Source of the DNA: Candidatus Latescibacterota bacterium
GTDB lineage: Bacteria; Latescibacterota; UBA2968; UBA8231
Reading direction: 5' to 3'
Length of the DNA: 64,000 nucleotides
Assembly: GCA_965248355.1 (NCBI GenBank)
Contig: OZ252098.1
Location: forward strand, 2,464,001-2,528,000
Position 1 is the first letter of the stretch. Each line of letters starts with the position of its first letter. The notes beneath the pieces are model-generated. The model searched no databases. It was not told where the DNA came from and worked only from the letters and a program-made list of their open reading frames with translations. Of the stretch, positions 39,397 through 50,209 are shown piece after piece. Both the position numbers and the translations under genes were made by a program.

Positions 39397-40693
39397 GGCT
39401 TTGTCACGAAACAGATGATTTACTTCGGTTGGCCGATGTGGGCCGGATCGTGTAGTGCCAATCCCCGTGAAACGCATGGGGCGAGAGATGGATCCGCTCC
39501 ATCTGCTCGTCCTTGACGACCACGCCCTTGGGATACGATCGCTTGTCGATTTCCGCCCGGACTCGAAGCCCTTTCTGCGTCGTCGTCCGGCCGATCAGGT
39601 TGACCACCGTGGCCAGACTGACCAGAGGTTGGCCTCGCCAGTTCTTGGCGATATAGGAGAACAGGCGATGCTCGATGCGGTTCCACTTGCTCGTGCCCGG
39701 CGGATAGTGACAGACCGTGATCGTCAGGCCCGTGCGATCGGCCAAGCGCTGCCATTCCCATTTCCACAGTCGCAGTCTCGGGCCGTTGCTGCCCCCCGCA
39801 TCGGCCGTGATCCACAGGCGGGAGGCCGCCGGGTAGGCGGCCCGTCCCATGCGTTTCCACCAGCTGCGGATGGCGTTCACCGCGAACCCGGCGGTGTCGT
39901 GGTCGACCCCGACGCTGACCCAGCCCTCGTTGCGGCTCAGGTCGTAGACCCCGTAGGGAATCGCCTGGCCCTGGGTGGGGATGATGAAGTCGTGGACCTT
40001 CACGCGCTCCGGATCGCCCTTCGGACGCCAGGCCCGCCCCCCGTTCTTGAAGTTGCCGATCAGTTCCTTCTTCTTGGTGTCCACCGAAATGACCGGCTGG
40101 CCTTGGGCCTGGGCCCTTCGGACCTGGTCGTGGAGATAGTGAAACTGGGCGTCCCGATCCGGGTGTTGGGTGCCTTCTTTCGTCTTGCGATTCGCCTGCA
40201 GCGTGTAGCCGAGCTCGTGCAACAGTCCGTTGACGAGGCCAGGACTCACCGAATGGCCCAGGGCCTGCAACTCGACCGCCAACTTGCGGATGCTCTTCGA
40301 CGTCCATCGCAAGGGGCTGTCGTCCGGCGCCCCGGCGGTGACCGGTTCGAGCAGGGCATTGAGGTCCGACAACAGCGTCACGTCGGTGTCGATGCGCCGC
40401 TTGCGGCCGCCGCCCGGCCGCCGCACACGGCCGGGGTCCAACGGGGCGTCCGACCGCAGTTCCTGCAGGCCGCGAGCGATCCGGGTCCGCGACAGGCCCG
40501 TGGCCCGGGCCACCACGGCCATGCCGCCATGCCCGAGGGCTTGCGCCTCCGACGCGGCCCACAAGCGTCGCGTGCGCTCGTTCAACACCGGCGCCAAGGC
40601 TTCGTATTTCGCCCGCAGGGTGCTTTCCGTGTCCACGCATCAAGGATAACACCCTTCCATCAGAAAGTACAGCATTTATTTCTGCGCAATGCC
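39397..40693 (-). mobile_element. ISAzo13-family element, complete
   Basis: IRs GGCTTTGTCACGAAACAGAT / GGCATTGCGCAGAAATAAAT; 3-bp TSD TAA. Confidence 0.9.
39404..40636 (-). CDS. ISAzo13-family transposase
   Basis: LNERTRRLWAASEA, ISVDTKKKELIGNFKN, ITADAGGSNG, YPPGTSKWNRIEHRLFS. Confidence 0.93.
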   Translation of the reverse strand: MDTESTLRAKYEALAPVLNERTRRLWAASEAQALGHGGMAVVARATGLSRTRIARGLQELRSDAPLDPGRVRRPGGGRKRRIDTDVTLLSDLNALLEPVTAGAPDDSPLRWTSKSIRKLAVELQALGHSVSPGLVNGLLHELGYTLQANRKTKEGTQHPDRDAQFHYLHDQVRRAQAQGQPVISVDTKKKELIGNFKNGGRAWRPKGDPERVKVHDFIIPTQGQAIPYGVYDLSRNEGWVSVGVDHDTAGFAVNAIRSWWKRMGRAAYPAASRLWITADAGGSNGPRLRLWKWEWQRLADRTGLTITVCHYPPGTSKWNRIEHRLFSYIAKNWRGQPLVSLATVVNLIGRTTTQKGLRVRAEIDKRSYPKGVVVKDEQMERIHLSPHAFHGDWHYTIRPTSANRSKSSVS

Positions 40694-40733
40694 TAACGAG
40701 AATACCACCCCTTATCCGTCCTATCCTTCTGAC

Positions 40734-43700
40734 CTACCGGATGATCATCAACTTTCGGCTCTTGACCTGCTCCCCGGCACGGAGTTTGGCCACGTAGACG
40801 CCGGTGCTCACCGACCGCCCCTGGCTATTCTTACCGTCCCATACCACGCTATGCTCCCCCGCCAGCCACGGTCCAAACGGTACCAGGGTCCGCACCTTCT
40901 GCCCCAGCATGTTGTAGATCTCAAGCTCGACAGGCATGGCCTCGGGCAAGGTGAACCGGAAAGCTATCGCCGGGTTGGCCGGATTGGGGGCAGCCTCCAA
41001 GACAATCCCAGAGGGCTCCTCCTCTGAGGGCTCTTCTAGAGCGTAAGCCACCAGCTCTGGACGGGAAGGACCCATACTTACCCACCCTTCCAAGTCAGCC
41101 AGCGCCATCCGCGCCAGCTCGGCTTCCTCTTCTCCAGCAAAGTCCACCGCTATCGCTGCATACTCCGCCCGAGCCGCCTCAATGTCGAACAGGTAGTGGT
41201 GGTAGACATCCGCAATGTTGATCCGCGCCGACCCGCCCTAGGGCGACGTGGGGGCTGGCGACGCTATTGCCCGGTAGCCCTCCAGCGCCTCGGCAATTCG
41301 CCCAGCATTCAGCAAACTACGCAGCTTCCAGTCCCGAGCCCTTCGGCGCATGCCCGGAGTAGTCGCTCGTTGTTCCACGTCACCGGCCAGCTCCGAAAAA
41401 ACCAGCATGTCTTGCCCGGTGTTGCGCCACGTGGTATACAGTCGACTCAGCGCGCGTCGCGTTTTGGGATGGTCCGGGTAGTCCACGACCACATCCCGGT
41501 ATATCTCTGCGGCCGCCCTCAACTCCCCAGCGTTTTCTAATTCCCGGGCCTGTTCAAGTTGTACCGTTACACCATCTACGACCATCTTTGGGGTGCCGGG
41601 AATGTTCTCGGTGGTGTCGAGAGGCGAGTGAATGATATAGGGCTCCGGCGAGAATATGGCCGTAGAATCAGGATCGGAACTACCCCACCAGTTGTTGCGC
41701 ACGCGGAGGGTATCGAACGTCTCGGATTGATCGATATACACCGCGTAGCCAGAACCGGTTGGGACAATGTCGTTAAGCTCTGACGATGCATCGTCAAGAT
41801 CGGGTTGGCATTCTCGTCTTAGAAAGAGTTCATAGGAGCCATTGCTGTAGAAATCGTTCGGATTGTCAGGGTCGTCCATATCGGGCGTGGTGCCATTGAA
41901 CATGCGAAATCCAATCGTGTCATTATAAGCAATCGTACAGCTCTTGAGCGTAGGAGCCGTATCGCTGCCGTAAGCGTAGATACCCCAATAGGTGCTTGAA
42001 TCGACCCTACTGCTATCCAACGTTGAGGTAGTACCGGCCCGAATCTCGACGCCCCTATTATTATCGCGGACAGTACAGCCATATATGGGCACCGTGCAGT
42101 CTGACAGGTAGAGTCCCACTGCTACGTTCTCGGCTATAGTATTGTTCTGGATGCCATTGCCCGTACCGCTGACATTGTACAGATAGAGCCCATAATTGTT
42201 GTCCCTCAGGGTGTTGTTCTGGATCGTTGGGCTAGTAAAGTTCCCCTGTATCCCACTCACACAGGTCGAGATCTCGTTGTTGTTCAGTTCTGCTGGTGTG
42301 GCCGAGTAACCATAAATCCCATTCTGGGCGTGTTGGATAACTGAGTAATTGACTTTACAACTGGCATCGACACTGCTATCCCAGAAAATAATGCCATCCC
42401 AATCGCCTTTCTCTGGAGAAGTCGCATCGGACTTAAAGGTGATCTTGTTCGTGCTAGTGCCTTCGGCCACGAGAGTCCCGTGAACCTCCAACGCGGACTT
42501 GCCGGTGTAAGGGGCGCTGTTCTGGTCATCCGAGTCTGCCGCAAACGTCACCGTTGTACCCGGCCGAACCGTCAAGGTGTCCTCACTTTGAATCTCCACA
42601 TCCCCGGTCACATGAATAGTGCCTGCCCAGAGATGGCTATCGGCTGAGCTGCCAGAGACAAGAGCGGGATAGACGAACTCAGCCCCACTAATGTCGTCAT
42701 CGGTTAGATCTCTTTGGTAAGTGCTTTCAGGCACGGGCCTGCCATACATCGTCTTCAAACTGTCGGCACTGCCGTAGAGATCTGCAAGAGCGAGGGTATG
42801 ACCTATTTCGTGCGTTGCTACGTTCCGTACATCATGACGTCCTGTTTCTCCCGTTGTCGTCCAATGAAGAAGATCGTTGAGTATCAGGTCCACCTCGGTG
42901 ATGGTGTTAGTACCCGCCTCCGTAACAACTGCATATACGGCGATGGTGGATGAATCTTCTAAGTCGGCCCAGGCCACCAAGTTCACCCCATCCACCGCGA
43001 TCGATGTTAGCGTTGTATCCGCGCCACGCTCGTAGGCCATATAAGAACCGCCGATGTTCTGCCAGGTGTCAAACGAGGCCTCAACTGCTGCAAATTCTCC
43101 TTCACAGTCCGCAGTGCCACTACTGTTCATACGGTACACCATTGGAATCGAACTATCTGGCCACCTGTGAGCATTGCCAAAAATGATGTTCAGCACTTGA
43201 CTGCTCGAGACAGTGTCGTCTGAGGCTGTCTTAACGTAAACCCTTCCACTGCTGGGAAAGGAGTAGGTACCGAAACTACCAGTTTCCATGCGGTGTTCAG
43301 GCACAAATGTAATCAGAGTGTCAGTCCAAGAGGGAACTTCATGGACGTGGGCCCACTCATTGCCCAGCAAGTATAGGTAAACGTTGCCTTCATCTGTCCC
43401 GAAATTGCTACCAACGATCGTTACAGTGTCTTGTGTGCCGGCGGCCACCGAGTCTGGAGAGATACTCGATATTGCTGGACTATTCTGCAACCGTTTCCTC
43501 GCCGGCTCTTGTTCAATACCCAGTTCCTGAAAATGTCGTTTGGTTTTCAACTGGGCAGTTCGTAGTTCAACATCGAGAAAGGTCAGCACTTTCGCCGAAT
43601 GATCGGCAAGTCGCTGCCATTCGCCCTCCCACATGGGATTCCCATGGGTACCACCGCGAAACATGGGGCCGGTCATGCCTTGGGCCCCTGCTACGACATC

Positions 43701-44117
43701 CCATTCTCCGACTAAATCTCTATACTCGGCCCACCCATCGTCCCGGTATCTCCGGAGACAAACTACCACCACCTCATTGTCAAAAAAGATCGCTGGAATA
43801 AGACCGTATACCACCCCCCCTACGATACCAGTCCATTCCACGACAGACAGTTCCTCGTCCGCGAAATCGGGCTCTTCCCCTTTCCCCGCCGCTTCGGTCA
43901 AGTCCCAGAGTACGCGCAAGTGAGTGCGCGTAAAGACTTTGAGTCCGTCATCGAAATTTTCCGAAGTCAATACCTGTGCTAGTACAATCCGTTCGGATTG
44001 GGCGACTATATCTTCCAGGGGAATAATCCGGATCGACCCTGCCCACGCCATAGAAACCAGGCATAGCCAGGGAAACGTTCCCAATGCAATGATCAGGATC
44101 CGATCCTTGAGTTTCAT
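40734..44117 (-). pseudogene. Secreted multidomain zinc metallopeptidase (IPT/TIG, M10-like, parallel beta-helix, TPR-like, FlgD-Ig) with one in-frame TAG at 41238..41240
   Basis: HEIGHTLALAD and Met-turn KTMYG; beta-helix repeats. Frame continues PTSP*GGSARINIADVYHH into PNPANP...WDGKNSQGRSVSTGVY. Confidence 0.82.
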
Positions 44118-44190
44118 CTCAACTCTCCCGGAAACCAGTAATTGGTTGAGCCTGGGTTCCTGCCTCAGGCATGCGAGTGCTTTCGTCTAA

Positions 44191-45260
44191 GGCTTTGTCC
44201 CGAAACAGATGATTCACTTCAACCCTCAGTGGCCGGCCGGATCGTGTAGTTCCAATCCCCGTGGAACGCATGGGGCGAGAGATGGATCCGCTCCATTTGC
44301 TCGTCCTTGACGACCACGGCCTTGGGATACGCTCGCTTGTCGATCTCGGCGCGCACGCGAAGCCCTTTCTTCGTTGTCGTCCGGCCGATCAGGTTGACTA
44401 CCGTGGCCAGACTGACCAGAGGTTGGCCTCGCCAGTTCATGGCGATATAGGAGAACAGGCGATGCTCGATGCGGTTCCACTTGCTCGTGCCCGGCGGATA
44501 GTGACAGACCGTGATCGTCAGGCCCGTGCGATCGGCCAAGCGCTGCCATTCCCATTTCCACAGTCGCAGTCTCGGGCCGTTGCGGCCCCCCGCATCGGCC
44601 GTGATCCACAGGCGGGAGGCCGCCGGGTAGGCGGCCCGTCCCATGCGTTTCCACCAGCTGCGGATGGCGTTCACCGCGAACCCGGCGGTGTCGTGGTCGA
44701 CCCCGACGCTGACCCAGCCCTCGTTGCGGCTCAGGTCGTAGACCCCGTAGGGAATCGCCTGGCCCTGGGTGGGGATGATGAAGTCGTGGACCTTCACGCG
44801 CTCCGGATCGCCCTTCGGACGCCAGGCCCGCCCCCCGTTCTTGAAGTTGCCGATCAGTTCCTTCTTCTTGGTGTCCACCGAAATGACCGGCTGGCCTTGG
44901 GCCTGGGCCCTTCGGACCTGGTCGTGGAGATAGTGAAACTGGGCGTCCCGATCCGGGTGTTGGGTGCCTTCTTTCGTCTTGCGATTCGCCTGCAGCGTGT
45001 AGCCGAGCTCGTGCAACAGTCCGTTGACGAGGCCAGGACTCACCGAATGGCCCAGGGCCTGCAACTCGACCGCCAACTTGCGGATGCTCTTCGACGTCCA
45101 TCGCAAGGGGCTGTCGTCCGGCGCCCCGGCGGTGACCGGTTCGAGCAGGGCATTGAGGTCCGACAACAGCGTCACGTCGGTGTCGATGCGCCGCTTGCGG
45201 CCGCCGCCCGGCCGCCGCACACGGCCGGGGTCCAACGGGGCGTCCGACCGCAGTTCCTGC
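44191..45260 (-). mobile_element. Second ISAzo13 copy, 5'-truncated
   Basis: End GGCTTTGTCCCGAAACAGAT after CTAA. Near-identical to copy 1 up to 45260, where it fuses to an IS5 remnant. Confidence 0.9.
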
Positions 45261-45949
45261 GTGACGTTCTTGAAGCTGTGCTTTGGATTCTCAATACCGG
45301 GGCTCAATGGCATATGTTGCCGCAGTGCTATCCGAACTACAAAACCGTGCATCGCCGTTTTCAAAATTGGTGTCGTCAAGGGGTGTTACGCGAAGTTCTC
45401 GTGGACCTGGCCCAGACTCTTCACGAGCAAGGGGACTTGGACGAATCGGAAGCTTTCATTGATGGCATGTTCTCGGCGGCCAAGGGTGGAGGTGCCGATA
45501 TCGGCCACACCAAGCGAGGCAAGGGCGTACGAGTCATGGGGATCGTGGACCGCCATGGGCTTCCCTTGTCGGTGAGCACGCATGCAGCGAACCATCATGA
45601 AGTGACGCTGGTTCAGTTGACGTTTGACTTCTACCTGATCGAAGACAAACCCAAGAACTTGATTGGAGACAAAGCCTACGACAGCGACCCGTTAGATGAG
45701 GAGCTGAAGAAAGAAGGGGTCGAGATGATCGCTCCCCATCGCCAGAACCGAACCAAGAAAAAGACTCAGGACGGACGCCGATTGCGTCGCTATGTGCGGC
45801 GTTGGATGGTGGAGAGATTCTTCGCTTGGCTTCAATGGCAGCGTCGAGTGATCACTCGCTGGGAATTGTATCCGGAGAATTTTCTTGGCTTCGTCCAACT
45901 TGCCTCCATCCTGATTTTACTTAAGCAATTTCAATTTTGAGATAGGTTC
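45259..45949 (+). mobile_element. IS5-family (IS427-like) remnant lacking its left end and transposase N-terminus
   Basis: VLWILNTGAQWHMLP...TVHRRF...IGDKAYDSD...RWMVERFFAWL; stop at 45940; end TTTTGAGATAGGTTC. Confidence 0.87.
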
Positions 45950-45987
45950 ATGATACCATCCTCCTTGTCGAAAGGCAAGTTTTTTTT
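45950..45987 (-). promoter_or_regulatory. Candidate sigma70 promoter TTGCCT-N17-TATCAT with upstream A-tract
   Basis: -35 at 45978..45973, -10 at 45955..45950. The same bases form CTTGTC-GAAA-GGCAAG-T8, terminator-like on the + strand. Confidence 0.45.
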
Positions 45988-46227
45988 CTCCAAGCTGCCC
46001 GTGCCACGCAGCCTACCCCAGCTACACCTGACCCGTCACACCTAACCCATTGAACCATAGTAGGATAGGGAGAAGAGTTAGGGGGCAAAGCGGACGATTA
46101 GGGCCAAACGGCCTGAGCGCCACGACGCGCTCTATCTCGTGGTGAACGTGCCGCACCCTTAGATCTCCATCTCCCTACGTTCGTCGCTCAGGGCCCCGAT
46201 GACTGCCTTGACAGGTGCAGTCTACCA

Positions 46228-46968
46228 TCATGGGCCAGACAGGCTCCCCGCCCAGACCTCGCGCGCGGCGCCGCCCACCTCCAGAAGCAGTTGCCCGCCG
46301 TCACCGAAGCCGGCGAGCTTGCCGCTGAGCCGCTGCCCGTCGTCGACCACGGTGACCCGCTCCCCGAGGCCGGCGCAGCGGGCCTCCCAGCCGGCGCGCA
46401 GGGCGGGGAAACCGCCCGCCGTCCAGGCCTCCAGCCACGGCGTCAGCCGCCGCAGCAGTGCGGGCAGCACCTCCTGCGGCGAGGGCGCCGAGCCGATCTC
46501 CACGAGGACGGAGGTAGCCGGCTGATCGATCGCCTCCGCCTCGGCCCGGGTCATGCCGAGGTTCAGGCCGATGCCGAGCACAACCAGGCCGGGGGATCTG
46601 TCACCCGGCGCCGGCTCGGGCAGGATCCCGGCGATCTTGCGGCGGCCCACGATGACGTCGTTGGGCCACTTGGTCTGCGCCGTCAGGCCGTGCTCCTCCA
46701 GGCAGTCGGCTGCGCCCAGGGCCGCGGCCATGGACAGGGATCCCAGCTGCCGCGCGCCGGCCCCGGCGGCTTCAAGCACCAGGGAGAAGGCGAGGTCGCT
46801 CCCCGGGCGCGAGACCCAGGTGCGTTGCCCGCGCCCACGGCCCCCGGTCTGGTCGTCGGTGGCCAGGACGGTCCCCGGAGGCGCCCCCGCACCGCTGCCG
46901 ATGCGCTCCAGGAGGAGGGAGTTCGTCGAGGGGACCTGCTCGATCCATTCAGGAGGGCGGAATTTCAT
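46228..46968 (-). CDS. birA: Biotin--[acetyl-CoA-carboxylase] ligase (no HTH)
   Basis: STNS, QTGGRGRGQRTW, KWPND, KIAGIL, GIGLN. Confidence 0.93.
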   Translation of the reverse strand: MKFRPPEWIEQVPSTNSLLLERIGSGAGAPPGTVLATDDQTGGRGRGQRTWVSRPGSDLAFSLVLEAAGAGARQLGSLSMAAALGAADCLEEHGLTAQTKWPNDVIVGRRKIAGILPEPAPGDRSPGLVVLGIGLNLGMTRAEAEAIDQPATSVLVEIGSAPSPQEVLPALLRRLTPWLEAWTAGGFPALRAGWEARCAGLGERVTVVDDGQRLSGKLAGFGDGGQLLLEVGGAAREVWAGSLSGP

Positions 46969-47293
46969 TCGGTCTGCTCCGGGGCGGTCTGCTGAGTATC
47001 GGCATCGCTCCGGCGGGCGCCAATGGGCCGGGTTTGACCTGCCACGCACGGCACCCTCCCTTCAGGTCGCCACTGCAAGGGGAGCCTCTCATGAAACGCG
47101 CCATCCAGAGTCCCGGCCATCGGCCGAGGGGCCAGCACTCCCGCCGGGTCCGGGCGACGGAACGGTTGACCGCCTCCTCGGGGCGACCCTGCCGACCGTG
47201 GATGCGGCCGATGCCCGCGACCAGCACAGGAACCGCGGCTCCGACGAGGCCATCGCAGCAGGCCCCCAGCCGCCGCCCCCCGGAGATCACCCC

Positions 47294-48487
47294 GTGAGCC
47301 GCTTCGGCGACCTCCCCCTCTCCCGCCCCGCCCACGGCGACTACGGCAGCCTCGAGGAGCCGGTGCGGCGCATCCGCGCCCACCGCCCCCTCGACCTGAA
47401 CGCCGAACGCTGGAGGGCCCGCCACCCCGGCGGCTCCTTCGAGGTCTGGCGGGAGCAGACGCGGGGCTGCCTGCTGCAGGGCCTGCACTGCGATCCGGGG
47501 CCCGCGGACCTGCGCCCGGAGATCCTGGAGTCCGTGGAGCGGGACGGCCTGGTGGTCGAGCGTGTCGCCTTCGACGCGACCCCCTGGAGCCGCCTCCGCG
47601 GCTACTTCCTGCGCCCGACGGAGGGACAGGGCCCCCTGCCGGGGCTGGTCGTGTTCCACGCCTGGGGCGGGCCCATGCTGTTCGGCAAGGAGCGCGTCGT
47701 GAACTGCGGCCGCGACCATCCCGTGCTGGTAGAGCACCGGCGCAAGTACTACGGCGGCCGCTACCTGGCCGAGGTCTTCGCCGCCGCCGGGTACGCCGTA
47801 ATCGTCGTCGACGCATGGCACTTCGGCGAGCGCGCCCCTCGGGGGCTGGACGCCGGCGGCCTGGGGATACCCGCCCGCTACGATCCCTTCGACCTGAAGG
47901 AGGCGGAGTACGAGGAGCTCGACGGCCGGGTGCGGCAGGCCCTCTACCTGGGCGTGCGCCAGCTCAACTGGGCCGGCACCACCTGGATGGGGGTCAACTA
48001 CTGGGACGACAGCCGCTGCGTCGACTACCTGCTCTCACGCCCCGAGGTGGACGGCGAGCGGATCGGCTGCACCGGCCTGTCGGGGGGCGGCTGGCGCACC
48101 AACGTGCTCGCCGCCCTGGACGGGCGCATCAAGGCGTCGGTCAGCGTCGGCTGGATGACCACCGGCGACTACCAGCAGGTCTACAACGTGGACGGGGCGA
48201 TCGGGACCTTCTGCCTGCTGCCGGGGGTGTGGGACCGCCTCGACGTGCCGGACCTGACGATCATGTCGGCGCCGGCGGCCGGCATGGTGGTCTCGGGGCG
48301 GCGGGACGAGTTGTTCCCCGTGGAGGGCCAGGCCGACGCCGCTCGCCAGATCCGGGCGGGGTATGAATGGGCGGGCTGCGGGGATCGCTTCCGCGACTAC
48401 CGGCCCGACAAGGACCACTGCTACGACGCTGGAATCCAGGCCGAGGCCGTGGCCTGGTTCGGCCGGCACCTGGGCGCCGGCGGCTGA
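47294..48487 (+). CDS. Alpha/beta hydrolase (dienelactone hydrolase/acetyl xylan esterase-like)
   Basis: GTG start after GGAG; VDYLLSRPEVDGERIGCTGLSGGG nucleophile elbow; DELFP; DHCY. Confidence 0.85.
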   Translation: MSRFGDLPLSRPAHGDYGSLEEPVRRIRAHRPLDLNAERWRARHPGGSFEVWREQTRGCLLQGLHCDPGPADLRPEILESVERDGLVVERVAFDATPWSRLRGYFLRPTEGQGPLPGLVVFHAWGGPMLFGKERVVNCGRDHPVLVEHRRKYYGGRYLAEVFAAAGYAVIVVDAWHFGERAPRGLDAGGLGIPARYDPFDLKEAEYEELDGRVRQALYLGVRQLNWAGTTWMGVNYWDDSRCVDYLLSRPEVDGERIGCTGLSGGGWRTNVLAALDGRIKASVSVGWMTTGDYQQVYNVDGAIGTFCLLPGVWDRLDVPDLTIMSAPAAGMVVSGRRDELFPVEGQADAARQIRAGYEWAGCGDRFRDYRPDKDHCYDAGIQAEAVAWFGRHLGAGG

Positions 48488-48509
48488 GGCGCGGGCGGCT
48501 GAGGGCCGC

Positions 48510-48866
48510 TCAGCTCTTCTCGGCCTCGATCTGCCGGAAGGGCGCCTCGTTGACGTACTCCTCCACCACCTTGCCGCCGATGAGGTGCTCGGTGATGATG
48601 CGCTCCAGCTTCTCCACCGTCATCGAGTGGTACCAGGTCTGCTCGGGGTAGACCAGCACCGTGGGCCCGCGCTCGCACACGCGCAGGCAGTCCGCCTTGC
48701 TGCGGTGGATCCCGGAGAGGGGATCGCCGTACCCCAACTCGCGCAGGCGGTTCTTCAGGTAGTCCCAGCACTCCTCCCCGGTGCCGTCGGTGTGGCACTT
48801 CGGCTTGGTCGGCGTGGCGCACAGGAAGATGTGGCGCCGGATCGTCTTGTCGGTCTGCTCGCTCAT
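48510..48866 (-). CDS. Thioredoxin-like [2Fe-2S] ferredoxin
   Basis: HIFLC...KC...CLRVCERGPTVLVYPEQTWY...IITEHLIGG; ATGA overlap with proA. Confidence 0.9.
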   Translation of the reverse strand: MSEQTDKTIRRHIFLCATPTKPKCHTDGTGEECWDYLKNRLRELGYGDPLSGIHRSKADCLRVCERGPTVLVYPEQTWYHSMTVEKLERIITEHLIGGKVVEEYVNEAPFRQIEAEKS

Positions 48867-50209
48867 GCCCTCCACTCCTCGTCCAGGCGCCGGTGCGCGT
48901 ACGGCCTCGGCTGGTCCCCTTCGTAGTAGCCCACGGTGTGTCCCTCCCCCTCCATGAGGTATTTGTAGGTCGTCAGTCCTTCCAGCCCCACCGGACCGCG
49001 GCTGTGCAGGCGCCCGGTGCTGATGCCGACCTCGGCGCCCAGGCCGAAGCGGAAGCCGTCGGCGAACCGGGTCGACGCGTTCACGAAGACCGACGCCGAG
49101 TCCACGCCCTGCAGGAAACGCACCGCCGCCGCCCGGTCCTCGGTGACGATGGTATCGGTGTGGGCGCTGCCGTAGCGATTTATGTGGTCCACGGCCTCCT
49201 CCAGGCCGTCCACCACCTTCACCGCCAGGATGTAGTCGAGGTACTCGGCGCTCCAGTCCTCCTCGGAGGCCGCCCGCACCCTGCCGTCGCCGGCGATCCT
49301 GCGCGTGCGGGGGTCGCCGCGCAGCTCCACCTCGGCCTCGGCCAGCCGGCCCAGCGCCGTTCCGAGGAATGCGTCGGCCACGCCGGCGTGGACCAGCAGG
49401 GTCTCGGCCGTGCAGCAGGTGGAGACGTCCTGCACCTTGGCGTCCACCGCCACCGTCAGGGCCTTGTCGAGGTCGGCCGCGGCGTCGACGTAGACGTGGC
49501 AGACGCCGTCGGAGTGGCCGGTGACGGGGATCTTGGTGTGGTCCATGATGTAGCGCACGAAGTCGTTGCCGCCGCGGGGGATGATCAGGTCGATGGCGTC
49601 GTCCTGGTCCAGCATGGAGCGCACGTCCTCGCGCGTCTCCAGCAGGGTGAGCCAGCCGCCGGGAAGGCCCTCGACGCCCGCCGTGGCACGCACGATCAGG
49701 TCGGCCAGGGCGCGGTTGGATCGGGCCGCCTCGGAGCCGCCCTTCATGAGCACGGCGTTTCCCGACTTCAGGCAGAGGGCGGCGATCTGCACCAAGGCGT
49801 CGGGCCGGGACTCGAAGATCACTCCGATCACGCCGATGGGCACGCTCACCCGGAAGAGCCGGAGCCCGTCGTCGACCTCGGTGGCGCGCTGCGTCCGCCA
49901 CAGCGGGTCCTCCAGGGAGGCGACGCTGCGCACGCTCTCGACGGCGCGCTCGTACTTGCCCGAGGCCAGGTCCAGGCGCGACACCAGCGGGTCGGCCAGC
50001 TCGCCGCGGGCGGCCAGGTCCTGCGCCTCCCGGCGGTCGTCGGCGTTGGCCTCCAGCATCGCCTCCCGCTCCGCCTCCAGGGCCCGGGCGATCGCCTCCA
50101 GGCCGGCGTCGCGCACCCGGCCCGGGGTGGCCGCCAGCTTGCGGCCCGCCTCCCGGGCCTCCAGGGCAGGGCCGCGCAGGTCGGCCGGGGTCTCGGCAGC
50201 GGTGCTCAC
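48863..50209 (-). CDS. proA: Glutamate-5-semialdehyde dehydrogenase
   Basis: VPIGVIGVIFESRP, KSGNAVLMKGGSEA, IIPRGG, NASTRFADGFRFGLGAEVGIST. Confidence 0.95.
   Translation of the reverse strand: MSTAAETPADLRGPALEAREAGRKLAATPGRVRDAGLEAIARALEAEREAMLEANADDRREAQDLAARGELADPLVSRLDLASGKYERAVESVRSVASLEDPLWRTQRATEVDDGLRLFRVSVPIGVIGVIFESRPDALVQIAALCLKSGNAVLMKGGSEAARSNRALADLIVRATAGVEGLPGGWLTLLETREDVRSMLDQDDAIDLIIPRGGNDFVRYIMDHTKIPVTGHSDGVCHVYVDAAADLDKALTVAVDAKVQDVSTCCTAETLLVHAGVADAFLGTALGRLAEAEVELRGDPRTRRIAGDGRVRAASEEDWSAEYLDYILAVKVVDGLEEAVDHINRYGSAHTDTIVTEDRAAAVRFLQGVDSASVFVNASTRFADGFRFGLGAEVGISTGRLHSRGPVGLEGLTTYKYLMEGEGHTVGYYEGDQPRPYAHRRLDEEWRA

Noticed and set aside
41238..41240. Pyrrolysine or TAG recoding as the explanation of the in-frame amber
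   Set aside because: TAG clearly terminates other genes here (2155, 40734) and no pyl genes are in the window; a nonsense mutation or error is simpler.
39397..45260. Composite transposon of two ISAzo13 copies carrying the peptidase
   Set aside because: Copy 1 has its own TAA duplication on both sides and copy 2 lacks its outer end, so independent insertions explain it.
44261..45940. 559-aa + strand ORF as a novel fusion transposase
   Set aside because: Its first ~330 codons are the antisense of ISAzo13; only the IS5 portion is real.
46040..46195. attC-like ACCTAAC...GTTAGGG and a possible multi-stem RNA (CCTGAGCG...CGCTCAGG)
   Set aside because: Too short with no internal attC symmetry and no integron integrase; stems are short and match no family I recognise.
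47034..47297. Small ORF between birA and the hydrolase
   Set aside because: Arg/Pro-rich with no motif; cannot be supported as coding.
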